A stretch of DNA of 64,000 nucleotides from Promethearchaeota archaeon (GTDB taxonomy: Archaea > Asgardarchaeota > Lokiarchaeia > Sigyniarchaeales > SOKP01): assembly GCA_048941285.1 (NCBI GenBank), contig JBHLNS010000007.1, positions 32,351-96,350 on the forward strand, written 5' to 3'. Both the position numbers and the translations under genes were made by a program. Under the pieces are notes generated by a model. That model saw only the letters and a program-made list of their open reading frames with translations. It searched no databases and was not told the origin of the DNA. How positions within the stretch are numbered: position 1 is the stretch's first letter; each line of letters opens with the position of its first letter. Shown in pieces: positions 12,920 through 23,901 of the stretch.

Positions 12920-12998
12920 AAAATAACAATAATAAATTTCTTAAGTTATAAGATGTTTATTATCTAAATTTATTTAGATATTTATCGAGAAAAATAAA

Positions 12999-13469
12999 TT
13001 GTCAGAAGTAGCAAAATATCAAAATGTCTTTAGAAGTATATTAGTTTCAGGCGTGATCACTTTTACAGCTTATCTAATAACTTCGATAATATCATTTATA
13101 GTAGGTTTTCCTTTTCTCCCTGGCTATTTTCTTGTTGCGGATATACAATTTTTAATTGGAACCGTTTTTGGTGTAATTTATTTTATAAAAAAGCGGAGAC
13201 CAGATCAATCAATTTTATTATATTGTGTAATAGTAGGGATAGTTGGAGGAATATTAGCTGCTTTATTTATTAGTATATATCAATGGGTTTTATTTCTCAA
13301 CATTTATATGTTTGTTATATATTTCATACCTTGTCTTATTTCTGGAGTATTTATTGGGTTCTTAATTGGGGTTATTATAAGTGTATACAATATGTATAAA
13401 GAGGTAAAAGAAGAGAGACCAGAAAAGCATTATGATGATGATTTCTTTAAAGAGTTGATTGAAGAATAA
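12999..13469 (+). CDS. Membrane protein (about 4 TM)
   Basis: Four hydrophobic segments, acidic C-terminus. Confidence 0.7.
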   Translation: MSEVAKYQNVFRSILVSGVITFTAYLITSIISFIVGFPFLPGYFLVADIQFLIGTVFGVIYFIKKRRPDQSILLYCVIVGIVGGILAALFISIYQWVLFLNIYMFVIYFIPCLISGVFIGFLIGVIISVYNMYKEVKEERPEKHYDDDFFKELIEE

Positions 13470-13642
13470 TTATTAAAATACAATAAATCTTTTAATCTAA
13501 ATTTTTAAGTGATTTTTAAGATTTTTAGTATCCTTTATCCTTGAATGAAGATATTTTGCTTAATAATTGGACTCTAAAAGAAATTAATTCCATAAATTTC
13601 TAATTTTTATTAATTAATAATAATTGAATTTAGGATAGGAAA

Positions 13643-13936
13643 GTGAGTAAAGCAACTATCTGGCAATATAAAGAGTTTGTTCAGTCAAGAAAAGAAAAAA
13701 TAGTAAATATGCTAATCAGTGAGATTATATTTCTAAAATCACGTTTTAAAAGGGCTCAGAATAAAGATGAATTACAATCTCTCAAAAAAGCACTGGAAAA
13801 ATTAGATTATCTCCTAAATACGCTTAAAAGTAAGAGTTCTATAATTTCTGAAGAAGATTTTGATAAAATAGTCATGTTGATTTATCAAATTTTTAAAGAT
13901 ATTGCAGATAATTTAGAACAAACAATTAAAGTTTAA
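13643..13936 (+). CDS. Small helical hypothetical protein
   Basis: 97-aa ORF with GTG start after AGGA. Confidence 0.55.
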   Translation: MSKATIWQYKEFVQSRKEKIVNMLISEIIFLKSRFKRAQNKDELQSLKKALEKLDYLLNTLKSKSSIISEEDFDKIVMLIYQIFKDIADNLEQTIKV

Positions 13937-14774
13937 GAACATTAAATTCCTTGAATGCTCTCAATGCACATATTGTAGCATTTACTCTATGTTCTTCTCC
14001 TTCACCTTCTTCCTGATCCCAACTTCCATCTGTTTTTTGTTTCATTTCTAGCTCTGAAAGTGATTTTAAAACTAATTTATGGTCAGATGATAACCTTGCA
14101 TCTTTTAAGCAACGAATTAACCAGGCTATATATGCTCCTTTCCAATCCGGGGAGAAATTTTCTTCAACAACCTTAACCGCTTTATTGAATGATTCAGCAT
14201 CTGCCCCAGAATAAAAAGCTAACATGGGTAGTGCTAACCAAGTAGCTCTTAAATAACCCTTTAATCTTCCAGAAGAATCACTATTCGCGAGTAAGAAATC
14301 AGTCGGACAATATGTCCCTTCTGCTTCTGCATAACCAAAACGAATTAATATATGGGCACAATATGCAGTTAGCCAAACTCGAGTTTCAATACGCCCAGGG
14401 ATCATCCACTTTGGTGGAGTATATTTGGAAATTTCAGAAATTTCATCCCAACCCCCGTCTTTTTGTTGATGAGATAATATATATTTACATGCGGGAACCA
14501 CGATCTCTCCTTTATATATTTTCAAATCATCAAACCATTCTAGAATATAACAAGTATCTGTAATATTACTCATTTCTTTTACCCAATAAGAAAAACCTCC
14601 ATCAGTGTTCTGAAATAATTTCAATTTTTGTAAAACCTCCTCAGATGGTTCTTCATCCCTCAAAATAGCTGAAAGGCGAGCCTTTTCTATGGAATTCCCA
14701 TGGATTTTTACGAACCTAATAGATTTATGAATATTCATGAATTTCTTTTGAGATTTGAATTGTGCTTTCTCCAA
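13926..14774 (-). CDS. Prenyltransferase/squalene cyclase repeat protein
   Basis: QW-like repeats QNTDGGF, QQKDGGW, QKTDGSW. Confidence 0.75.
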   Translation of the reverse strand: MEKAQFKSQKKFMNIHKSIRFVKIHGNSIEKARLSAILRDEEPSEEVLQKLKLFQNTDGGFSYWVKEMSNITDTCYILEWFDDLKIYKGEIVVPACKYILSHQQKDGGWDEISEISKYTPPKWMIPGRIETRVWLTAYCAHILIRFGYAEAEGTYCPTDFLLANSDSSGRLKGYLRATWLALPMLAFYSGADAESFNKAVKVVEENFSPDWKGAYIAWLIRCLKDARLSSDHKLVLKSLSELEMKQKTDGSWDQEEGEGEEHRVNATICALRAFKEFNVLKL

Positions 14775-14941
14775 TTTTATGTATGAATTTATTGGTAAAG
14801 ATTTTAATCTTTTGTACCAATGTGTTGTGAAATAATCCTTAGATCATGTAATTCTCAAATAAATAATTGTGAAATATGTCAATTTTTTACTAGAAATCAA
14901 GAATTAGATATTAATTAAAAAGATAAAAAAAATGTTTAAAA

Positions 14942-15886
14942 TTACATTTTAATTAAAAGTCCAACAGCATCCATTAGGGTTTCTTTTCTTGGCAAACCTT
15001 TCATTAATTCACTTTTAACTCTTTCAGCAAGAATTTGAGGAGTCCATTTCTTACCGTCATTACTGATCATATTAACTGCATGCCATCCCTGATAAACCCA
15101 ACACTTATCTCCAGACACTCTAAATACCTCGCCCGTTATTTTTCTTGCATTATCTGATGCTAAAAACACTGCCATAGGAGCAAAGTTCACAGGATTAAAA
15201 ACATCAAAACCGGTTTCATCTGTTTTACTCATAACATCTGCCATTGATGGAGTTGCATCAGTAGTAAGCCGTGTTCGAGCAATCGGTACAAGACAGTTAA
15301 CTGTAGCATACTTTTTTAACTCCATTGCGGATATAATAGTAAAAGCAGCAATTCCTGCTTTTGCAGCACCATAATTAGATTGTCCCATATTCCCTAATAA
15401 ACCAGCATCAGAAGCGGTGTTAATTATAGTCCCAAAATTTTTCAACTTCGGATCTGCCTTTCCTTGCTCTCTAAAATATGCTGCAGCATGACGAGTCATG
15501 TTAAAAGTACCTTTTAAATGTACTGCTATAACATCATCAAATTCTTTTTCTGTCATGTTAAAAAGCATTCGATCCCGGAGAATTCCGGCATTGTTTAATA
15601 AAATATCTAATTTCCCAAACTCAGAGATCGCTTGATCAATCATAGCTTTAGCTTTGTTAAAATCTGTAACAGAATCATAATTCCCAACAGCTTTAACGCC
15701 TAATTTTTTACACTCTTCAGCTACTTCGTCAGCAATCTTAGTAGGAGCCCCACTCCCATCAAATCCGGCACCTAAATCGTTAATTACTAGATTACACCCT
15801 TCTCTCGCCATTGCTAAAGCTTCTTCACGTCCAAGACCTCGACCAGCCCCAGTAATTATTGCTACCTTACCATCTAACATTCCCAT
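14942..15886 (-). CDS. SDR family oxidoreductase (MFE-2/3-hydroxyacyl-CoA dehydrogenase-like)
   Basis: TGAGRGLG, NNAGILRD, VHLKG, NYGAAK. Confidence 0.9.
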   Translation of the reverse strand: MGMLDGKVAIITGAGRGLGREEALAMAREGCNLVINDLGAGFDGSGAPTKIADEVAEECKKLGVKAVGNYDSVTDFNKAKAMIDQAISEFGKLDILLNNAGILRDRMLFNMTEKEFDDVIAVHLKGTFNMTRHAAAYFREQGKADPKLKNFGTIINTASDAGLLGNMGQSNYGAAKAGIAAFTIISAMELKKYATVNCLVPIARTRLTTDATPSMADVMSKTDETGFDVFNPVNFAPMAVFLASDNARKITGEVFRVSGDKCWVYQGWHAVNMISNDGKKWTPQILAERVKSELMKGLPRKETLMDAVGLLIKM

Positions 15887-16036
15887 AATATTTTTTCCTC
15901 TTTAATATTATTTTTTTATTTTATTTCAAAATTTTATGTGCTAAATAATATGTACTAATAAAAAATTATTTCTAAAATTAAGGATTTTTATATTTATCAT
16001 ATTTTTATAAAGAAGATTATATATACATTTGATTAA

Positions 16037-16549
16037 TTGGAGATATGCTTGGAATCCATCACTCATAATCTAACAGCGATTCTTATTCAGATACTATCCT
16101 TCAATTTTTTTTTATATCCGATAAATATCATTTCAACAGTTATATTTGCTTTTTTATCCCATTTCCTGTCTGATGCCTTATCTAAATTAACATATCACAC
16201 CCCTGAAGCAATGAAAAAGGATAAATTTTGGATTATATGGCATATAATTATCTATTCTGCTTCCATAGTAAGTTCTATTATATTTTTTGTTCCATTCTGG
16301 TTCGCGATTTTATCTGTGAACTTTCCAGATATTATAGATTGGTTTATTTTAAGACCTATTCAAAATAAAAAACAAAGAAAAAAGCTAAAAATTGAAGGGA
16401 AAAAGAATTATCTTCTCCATCAAATTTCAGATTGGATTCGTGATAAAATATTTTTTTGGCTTCCAGATTTTACATATAAAAAATATGGAGTAATAAATGA
16501 ATTATTAGTAATAGGAATTTTATCCTTTTTGATTTATTTATATATTTGA
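16037..16549 (+). CDS. Membrane protein (possible metal-dependent hydrolase)
   Basis: TH, SHFLSD, PDIIDW and LHQ motifs among TM helices; start may be TTG 16049. Confidence 0.6.
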   Translation: MEICLESITHNLTAILIQILSFNFFLYPINIISTVIFAFLSHFLSDALSKLTYHTPEAMKKDKFWIIWHIIIYSASIVSSIIFFVPFWFAILSVNFPDIIDWFILRPIQNKKQRKKLKIEGKKNYLLHQISDWIRDKIFFWLPDFTYKKYGVINELLVIGILSFLIYLYI

Positions 16550-16948
16550 GTTATTCCTACTAAAGCAATCTATATTATTGAAATAAAATAAATGACTTAT
16601 ACACATGCAATCTGAGGAACCAAAATTTCTTATTAAATCATCACAGATTTCAGATAATCCTTGAGCGATTATACATTCTAATTGTTCAATTGAGGGAATT
16701 AAATAGATTTTAGTTATCATGGAATGATTCTCTGCTAGAAGATAATCTATATGCCAATGAATACTTTTATTTTTTCGACTTGAAAGATGTCTTTTAACTC
16801 TATTCAATAATGCTGAGGAACCATAATTCCCCATAGCTGATCCTACATATAAATAAAATCCTTTTCTGAATACAATCTCCCCTAAAGCCCCAACGATGAG
16901 ACGAATATCATTCTCTACAAAAACGACTAAAATATATGATCCTTTCAT
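16538..16948 (-). CDS. GIY-YIG/DUF123-like nuclease
   Basis: GSYIL, YLYVGSA, RVKRH, HWHIDYL, FGSSDC.C.SHL. Confidence 0.85.
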   Translation of the reverse strand: MKGSYILVVFVENDIRLIVGALGEIVFRKGFYLYVGSAMGNYGSSALLNRVKRHLSSRKNKSIHWHIDYLLAENHSMITKIYLIPSIEQLECIIAQGLSEICDDLIRNFGSSDCMCISHLFYFNNIDCFSRNNSNI

Positions 16949-17121
16949 TTACCGCATTTTATTTTATGATCGTGATAACAACCATCACAAAGGTATTCTC
17001 CGCATTTTTTACAAATGTTACCACATATTTCACATATTGGAGTAAAGCACTCCACACATTCATAAATTTCACCGGATATATTTTCCCCACAATTCTCGCA
17101 AATAACTTCTTCTTCACTCAT
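16945..17121 (-). CDS. 58-aa Cys-rich zinc-finger protein (not in ORF track)
   Basis: MSEEEVICENCGENISGEIYECVECFTPICEICGNICKKCGEYLCDGCYHDHKIKCGK; five CxxC plus H-x3-C; its TGA overlaps the next ATG (ATGA). Confidence 0.85.
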   Translation of the reverse strand: MSEEEVICENCGENISGEIYECVECFTPICEICGNICKKCGEYLCDGCYHDHKIKCGK

Positions 17122-17307
17122 TTTGACAAATTAAATATCATTTAATTAATTATGTTAAATATATAATTAAGCATAAAAACGCCTATTATTATACGATGAA
17201 TAACTAAGTATACCTCTTTACTTTTAGATTATTATTTTATTAACTAAAACTTTATTATAACTCTTTAATTCAATATTTGTAAACATTTTTGAGAAAACTA
17301 CTAACTT

Positions 17308-19056
17308 ATGGCAATTCCACCAGAAGAAGAAAAGTTTCAAATTGAATTTGAGCGAGATCGGAAATTTTTTGAACGAGAGGGCAGTTCCCGTGCAGTCACT
17401 TCTGGTTCTCTCTACATGTTTTTTTCTTTAATTTATGCGACTTGTATATGGGTTTTTGTTATATTAGCTACAGGTTGGCCAGGTTTAACCTATTTTGGAT
17501 TAACAACAGCAATAAATGGTATTGTAAGTTTGATAGGAATTGGTATTACTCGATATTTCATTGCTGAAATTAAAGCAGCTTTTGTTATTAATGAAGAATT
17601 CGGACGTTTAAAAGCTTCTACTTACTCAAAATTATTGTTTTTCATAGGATTATCGATAGGTCTAGCGCTGATACTTACACCTTTCATTTTTGGGTTTTTT
17701 TTAACAAATAATTTATTAAGAGGTTGTATCTTTGCTTCAGGTTTTTCAACAATTTTAATATATAGCATGTCTATTTTTCAGATTGGATTAGAAATAAAAA
17801 ATAGATATGATATAATAGCATTCCTATCTATATTTGGAGGTATTTCTCTTTTGATTTCAGGGTTTATTTTTATTGTATTTAATCTTAATCCTTTCGGTTT
17901 TGCTTTTTATCCTTTTTTTAATTTTCCGACATTATTTCTTTTTATTTATTACTTCTATAAATTAGCACCTTATTCAATTAGAGATATTATATATGCAAGT
18001 TTAAGAACTCGAAATATGAAAAAGAGAGCATCTCCAGAAATTAAAGATCTAATTGAGGATCATCAAATACTACTATATCTAAAAAATTCTATATATTCTA
18101 TGATTACAAACATTCAAAACTCAAAATTTTTCGAAGATATTCTATTCTTAAGTGCTGCTTTTTATTTAGCTATTTTTACTGATGCTTCATATCAATTATT
18201 TGCGGTTAGTTTATTAACTGTTTTAATGACTTATGGTGCGGTAAAGGCTGTTATCTTGTATTACTCCTCACCTTTAAATATTGAAATAGCTGAAGCATGT
18301 GTTAGAGAAAGTCATCAAACAGTTGAAGATTCAATTAACGCTTCTACGCGTATTGCAAGTATTTTAGCCTTAGGTTTCTTAACAGCTATGATAGCACTAT
18401 CAGGTGAATTATTATTTTATTTACATCGAGAGCTTTTTTTTGAGGGGCTTATATTTAACAACGAAGCATTTCTGATGGCAAGAATTTTGTTTATCCTTAT
18501 TATAACTGGTCAATTTATTTATGGATATGCTACTTTATTTGGTAATGCATTAATTGGATCTGGAAATGCCTCTTTAGCAGCGAAAGGATTTGGGATTACC
18601 TTGTGTATAATTATTGGAATTTCTCCAATTTTTATTTTCCTTTTTGGAATACTAGGAATTGGAATAGTAATGTTAATTTCTGCGCTCTTTTTATTACCAT
18701 ATATTTTAATTCAACTTAAGAGAAAGCTTGAAATTACATATAAATTTAGAATCTATAGATTGTTACCGAATTTAGCCATACTCTTTCTAATTATGGTATT
18801 AATCCCATTCAACAGTATATTAAGTATTTTATTAGGTATTATAATTGGAGCAACCCTTTATTTATTCTTAAATCCATTCTTTGGAGTTTCAATTCCTGAA
18901 GACCTACAAATGATCAACGATTTGTTTAACACCCTGAAATTAAGTTTTTTTGGAAATCTTATTGTAAATTTTATGAAAATAACTTATAATTTCAGCCCTT
19001 TGAATAAAAATAAAATAATTCTTGAACAGGATAAGTTAGTTTTAGTAAAAAAATAA
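17308..19056 (+). CDS. Polytopic membrane protein, MOP/flippase-like
   Basis: About 13-14 hydrophobic segments, GIGITRYFIAE and NALIGSG patterns. Confidence 0.55.
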   Translation: MAIPPEEEKFQIEFERDRKFFEREGSSRAVTSGSLYMFFSLIYATCIWVFVILATGWPGLTYFGLTTAINGIVSLIGIGITRYFIAEIKAAFVINEEFGRLKASTYSKLLFFIGLSIGLALILTPFIFGFFLTNNLLRGCIFASGFSTILIYSMSIFQIGLEIKNRYDIIAFLSIFGGISLLISGFIFIVFNLNPFGFAFYPFFNFPTLFLFIYYFYKLAPYSIRDIIYASLRTRNMKKRASPEIKDLIEDHQILLYLKNSIYSMITNIQNSKFFEDILFLSAAFYLAIFTDASYQLFAVSLLTVLMTYGAVKAVILYYSSPLNIEIAEACVRESHQTVEDSINASTRIASILALGFLTAMIALSGELLFYLHRELFFEGLIFNNEAFLMARILFILIITGQFIYGYATLFGNALIGSGNASLAAKGFGITLCIIIGISPIFIFLFGILGIGIVMLISALFLLPYILIQLKRKLEITYKFRIYRLLPNLAILFLIMVLIPFNSILSILLGIIIGATLYLFLNPFFGVSIPEDLQMINDLFNTLKLSFFGNLIVNFMKITYNFSPLNKNKIILEQDKLVLVKK

Positions 19057-19082
19057 ATCAGTGTTATTTTAAGAAAATTAAA

Positions 19083-19871
19083 TCATTTTCTATATTGATT
19101 AAAATCTGGTTTACGTTTCTCAATAAAAGCATTCTTTCCTTCAACGGCTTCTTCAGTTCCATAATACATGGATAATCCACCTACTCCTAATTGTGTAATA
19201 CCAGTTACACCATCAGTTTCAGCTAAAAATGCATATTTTAACATTTTAAGAGCTGTTGGACTTTTTTCTAATAATTCCTGGCACCATTGGTCTACCTCCT
19301 CATCTAACTTATCATAAGGTACAACATTATTTACAAGTCCCATTTGTAGAGCTTGTTGTGCTGTATATCTACGACATAAATACCATATTTCTTTAGCTCG
19401 TTTCACACCTACAGCACGCATCAAATCTCCTGTTCCATACCCCGGATCAAATGACCCAACACGAGGTCCAGCTTGCCCAAATTGTGCATGTTCTGCTGCA
19501 ATACTAAGATCACAATTAACGTGCCATACATGCCCCCCTCCAATAGCATAACCATTTACTCTAGCAATTATAGGTTTTGGTAAGGTACGGATTAAAAGAG
19601 TTACTCGCTGCCAGCCAACTTCTAATGGTAAAATATACTCTCCTGTATAACCTCCTACTTCTCGTGTACTTTGATCACCACCAGTACAGAAAGCTTTTTC
19701 TCCCTCTCCCGTAAAAACCACAACTCCAATTTTATTATCCCAACATTGATCAAATGCATCAATTAATTCATGAACAGCTCGTAAATTACATGAATTATAA
19801 CTTTCAGGGCGATTTATTGTTATACGAGCAATCCGATCCTTCTTTTCAAAAATAATTTCTTTATATTCCAT
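19083..19871 (-). CDS. Crotonase family, MenB/BadI subgroup
   Basis: AFCTGGDQ, GYAIGGGHV, GPRVGSFDPGYG, YYGTEEAVEG. Confidence 0.8.
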   Translation of the reverse strand: MEYKEIIFEKKDRIARITINRPESYNSCNLRAVHELIDAFDQCWDNKIGVVVFTGEGEKAFCTGGDQSTREVGGYTGEYILPLEVGWQRVTLLIRTLPKPIIARVNGYAIGGGHVWHVNCDLSIAAEHAQFGQAGPRVGSFDPGYGTGDLMRAVGVKRAKEIWYLCRRYTAQQALQMGLVNNVVPYDKLDEEVDQWCQELLEKSPTALKMLKYAFLAETDGVTGITQLGVGGLSMYYGTEEAVEGKNAFIEKRKPDFNQYRK

Positions 19872-20046
19872 TTTTCTTATTCCAATTTTTTAATTAATTT
19901 CTTTTTGATAATTAATGTTTAAAAATGATTGTAACATATTAAACAATCTTTAATTACGAGTGAAAATTAGAAGATAACAAATCCAAATTTGCTATATATA
20001 TAGAGAGGGTTTCTCTAAAATAGTGAAAACCTTGTTTCATGAAGTT

Positions 20047-20793
20047 TTATACTCTTCGTATCTGAGAATAGTCGTGTTTATGCTTAAGTCTCTCTTGTTG
20101 TTTTAAGGCTCTACTTATTTTAAAATCGTATTTTTTTATCATTTTTCTAATTTGTATCTCTGTTTTTACTAATTCAGAATCTGCGGGAACTAATCTTTTT
20201 GAATAGCCCGATTCCATCAATTTTACACGACAATATGCAACAATGCTTTTAACATCACTCTGAGCAATTTTTTTTTCGACTCCTACTAACTCTTTACCAT
20301 TTAGGAAAAGGGCTTTCCTGCTTCTACTGATCATGGGCCTACCAGAAATAATCTCAATAGGAGCAGCAACAATAGCTGCAATTCCATGTGCAAATTTTTC
20401 TTCTTTAGTTTTTGGTTTGCCAGTGGAACCAACACTCGCTTTTTTTGCTCCTAGAGTTAATTGCTTCAAATTTACTAGGTTTTCTAGACCTTGTATATTA
20501 ATAAATCTATTATTTTCAAGATTTAATGTTTTTAAATTTATCAAATTATCTAATCCTTCAATTGCCCCAATTCTATTATTACTTAGATCTAACTTTTTTA
20601 ATTTATTCAAATTATTTAAGCCTTGAATTTTATCGATTTGATTATAACTGAGATTTAAAACTTGTAAGTCTGTCAAGTTTTCAAGGTTTTTAAGTTTAGC
20701 GATATCCTCTATACCTTTTCTTGATAGGTTAAGTGTTAGAAGATTGTTTTCAACAGTAGGTATAAATTCCTTATTATTATATATCACAGACAT
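20047..20793 (-). CDS. Leucine-rich repeat protein (SDS22-like repeats)
   Basis: 22-aa repeats LQVLNLSYNQIDKIQGL, LKKLDLSNNRIGAIEGL, LKTLNLENNRFINIQGL. Confidence 0.88.
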   Translation of the reverse strand: MSVIYNNKEFIPTVENNLLTLNLSRKGIEDIAKLKNLENLTDLQVLNLSYNQIDKIQGLNNLNKLKKLDLSNNRIGAIEGLDNLINLKTLNLENNRFINIQGLENLVNLKQLTLGAKKASVGSTGKPKTKEEKFAHGIAAIVAAPIEIISGRPMISRSRKALFLNGKELVGVEKKIAQSDVKSIVAYCRVKLMESGYSKRLVPADSELVKTEIQIRKMIKKYDFKISRALKQQERLKHKHDYSQIRRV

Positions 20794-20973
20794 GGTTATT
20801 TGGACTACGTTGAATGTATTTAAAAAGAAATAGGATGACTTTGTATAAAAGATAATTCATTATAATAACCCTATTTTTGATAAAGAAGTAGTAAATGGCG
20901 CAATTTACTAGTAAAATAATTTTTTTATACTAGCAGGCTATATTTGACTATTTTTCTAGATATAATAATGATT

Positions 20974-21504
20974 TTAGAAAACCATTTTTTGCTTAATTTC
21001 TTGAACCATTTTTTGACCATTCTCATTTATTTCGGTTATTATTTCTCTGAGAATCTCATTAATGGCCAAACCACGTAATTCACATGCAATATATAATAAA
21101 GAGAGGACTTCTTTCGCAAGGACACGAATATTTTTTACATCGCTTATTGGAATTCTAATTCCAAGAGCCTTCAGATCCATGTGAGTTTCTTTTTCTTGTT
21201 GTCTTATAGTAATTAAGATATCATTCTTCCTTCCTTTCCACTCCTCAGTAATAGCTCTTAAAGATAGTAAATATCGCTTTGTAGGACTTCCTATTCCCAT
21301 AACATCTTTCGCAAATTCTAGTGGTTCAGAATTTCTAATAGTTTTTAATCCAAATGTTCGATTAACCTTATAATTTTTATCTAATTTTGTTTTCATTTTT
21401 GTAATTTCATCTGTGAGCTGTTCAATCTTTAATGATAATTTTTCAAACTTCTTTAGAAAGATCTCTTCTGAACCAATTTCAAATTTACTCATTTTAAACA
21501 TCAT
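20974..21504 (-). CDS. Hypothetical protein with N-terminal coiled coil
   Basis: 176-aa ORF. Confidence 0.65.
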   Translation of the reverse strand: MMFKMSKFEIGSEEIFLKKFEKLSLKIEQLTDEITKMKTKLDKNYKVNRTFGLKTIRNSEPLEFAKDVMGIGSPTKRYLLSLRAITEEWKGRKNDILITIRQQEKETHMDLKALGIRIPISDVKNIRVLAKEVLSLLYIACELRGLAINEILREIITEINENGQKMVQEIKQKMVF

Positions 21505-21653
21505 TTAGATTAAGTATGATACTTTTTGAATTATTTGTTAATAAAACTAATTATTAAACGATTAATCTATGAGGAATTTTTAATTTATATTCCAATATCA
21601 ATTCAAATAATAAAAGGATTATTTTAAAATAATAAAGTAATTTAAAGATTTAA

Positions 21654-22910
21654 TTAACCTAAGTTTGTATCCTCATTGTAATCATTATTAAAATCTTGTT
21701 CTGTACGGGGAATTACATCTTCTTTCTCTTTGATCTCATATTCTTCTCCCTCAGGTTGAGGTACATCAGCAGTCGATAAGGGTTGTTCGAATGTAGGCTG
21801 TGGAGATATAAGTTCTTTAACTTCATATTTGACTTCTTTTTTCAACTCCTTCTGTTGTCTTGTATATTTTCTAATCTCATATATCCCTATTACTAGTAAA
21901 AGGATTATAAAAAAGACTAATACTGCTACATTTTTATAATAATTTATTGTATCATTATTTAGATCACTAAGAAATTGACTAAATGGAAAATTGAAGGTTT
22001 GAAATATATTGTAAGGAAAATAACGAATGAACTCATATGAAACCTTGGAAAATATTAGCCAAATTATTGCCGTATCGATTCCTATATGTTTAGATCTTTT
22101 TGCTAATAATTCGGCATTTTTTCCCATTAAAGTACTTAACACGTAAAGTATAATTGCTAAATCTACTATCAGTATCCCAATTGTAGTCCAGATTGATTGG
22201 GGTGTATTAGTTGCACTGTCATCAAGACCTAGATATATTTTCACAACTAAAAACAAAGTATAAACAGCTACAAGAATAAAAAATGTACCTAACCAAGCAT
22301 TAAAAGTCCTTTTAAACATCAGAACGACACCATAAATTGCTAATCCTATAATCACACATCCTACTACTACATAAGCAAGGTTTAAAAAAAGAGGAACTTC
22401 CACTGTTGAGATAAGAGAAAAATCGAATAAAGTTGGACCCATTATAAATAAATACAATAAGAATAAAGATGCTGGAATGCCCCCGAAAAATAAGACTGTT
22501 CTAATAAAACCTCTTGACCTTGGAAATTTTAATAATTTTTTTTCAATTCCAACCCCTATTAAATAACAAGCATACAAAATAAACCAAGAAGTGAAGAAAA
22601 AATATGATACTATTGAAATAGCAAATAAAGCAATGAGAATTACGGCGAGTAAGAATAATAAAGGTAAGGAGACTACGAGTAGTAAAATTATTTTCCATAT
22701 TGGGTATTCCATGACATTTTTTCTAGTAGCCAAAGAAAGTAAAAAAAGAAACATCAAAAAAGTAAGGTATGGCAGAAAAATAATAATACCTACTATTGGA
22801 AGAAATTGGATTACAATTACACCAATAAGAAGCCATAAAACAAGAATAGTTAATCTCCAATTCTCTTTCTTAAATATTTTCTTTAAATTATCAATGATTT
22901 CCATAAACAT
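21654..22910 (-). CDS. Polytopic membrane protein with acidic C-tail
   Basis: About 9 TM segments, E/D/P-rich tail. Confidence 0.75.
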   Translation of the reverse strand: MFMEIIDNLKKIFKKENWRLTILVLWLLIGVIVIQFLPIVGIIIFLPYLTFLMFLFLLSLATRKNVMEYPIWKIILLLVVSLPLLFLLAVILIALFAISIVSYFFFTSWFILYACYLIGVGIEKKLLKFPRSRGFIRTVLFFGGIPASLFLLYLFIMGPTLFDFSLISTVEVPLFLNLAYVVVGCVIIGLAIYGVVLMFKRTFNAWLGTFFILVAVYTLFLVVKIYLGLDDSATNTPQSIWTTIGILIVDLAIILYVLSTLMGKNAELLAKRSKHIGIDTAIIWLIFSKVSYEFIRYFPYNIFQTFNFPFSQFLSDLNNDTINYYKNVAVLVFFIILLLVIGIYEIRKYTRQQKELKKEVKYEVKELISPQPTFEQPLSTADVPQPEGEEYEIKEKEDVIPRTEQDFNNDYNEDTNLG

Positions 22911-22976
22911 ATAGTTAAATAAGAAATATTTAAAATTATCCTATTAAAAATGAAGAGTTTCTTGGAATAAGATCAA

Positions 22977-23780
22977 TTAAGGGATGAAATCAGTTAAATG
23001 CGTTTGATTACTAAAGCTATGAGAAGTTAATCCAAATTTATTTTTTATGATATTAACTGATTCAGGTGCAAAACCTTGGAAATGATTATTCACTATGATA
23101 AAAATCTCATGAATATTAGGTTTTTGCTTTAATTTTGCAACGTTGTTAAAAAGATCATTTAAAGCGCTACTCTGATCTCTCTGAATTCTGTTAAACACAC
23201 TAAGTTTTCTATCCCCAATCATTCTTATATAATAATATTTTTGATTTGGCATATAATAGGGGATAATTCCGGGCATATAAGTTGTTCCAAGTATTAGATT
23301 GTCAGCATCAATAAATTTATACAGAATTTCAGAATTGAACCAAGAATTGTCACGCAACTCAATAATAAATTTATACTGTAAAGGAACCTTTTCAAGGAGT
23401 AACCGCAATTTTTCTAAATGGTTATCTGAATATTTAAACCAAGGAGGAAATTGTAATAAAAAACTGCTTATCTTTGGATTCAATTCTCTTAATCTCGAAA
23501 AAAATTCGATAATATATGAATCTAAATTTTGATCGTCTAAATTATGAGAAATTTGTTGCCAAACTTTAATAACAAATCGGAAATTTTTTGGAACACGATT
23601 ATTCCAATTAAAAACGATGTCTTCAGGAGGTAGATTATAGAAAGTTGAATTTATTTCAACTAAGCTAAAAAATTTGGAAAAATATTCTAAGTGTTGGGTT
23701 TTTTGTAATTTCTTTGGATAAAAAGGACCAATCCAATCTTTATAAAAAAATCCAGCAGTTCCAATCGATATTTTCGCCAT
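22977..23780 (-). CDS. DUF72 family protein
   Basis: IGTAGF.Y.DW.G.FYP, VEINSTFY, LLQFPPWF, ELR, YIRMIG, NNH. Confidence 0.9.
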   Translation of the reverse strand: MAKISIGTAGFFYKDWIGPFYPKKLQKTQHLEYFSKFFSLVEINSTFYNLPPEDIVFNWNNRVPKNFRFVIKVWQQISHNLDDQNLDSYIIEFFSRLRELNPKISSFLLQFPPWFKYSDNHLEKLRLLLEKVPLQYKFIIELRDNSWFNSEILYKFIDADNLILGTTYMPGIIPYYMPNQKYYYIRMIGDRKLSVFNRIQRDQSSALNDLFNNVAKLKQKPNIHEIFIIVNNHFQGFAPESVNIIKNKFGLTSHSFSNQTHLTDFIP

Positions 23781-23901
23781 TTGATAATAAATTAAAGTTT
23801 ATGTAGTTTTTAATAATTCAATATTTTTTTAAACTGAAATAATTAATTTTTATGAAAAATTATTGCAAATTTATATAATTTCAAAAAAAAGATGATTTGA
23901 T

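Noticed and set aside
16936-17145. 69-aa plus-strand ORF
   Set aside because: Antisense to the Cys-rich 58-aa ORF, which has clear motifs and translational coupling
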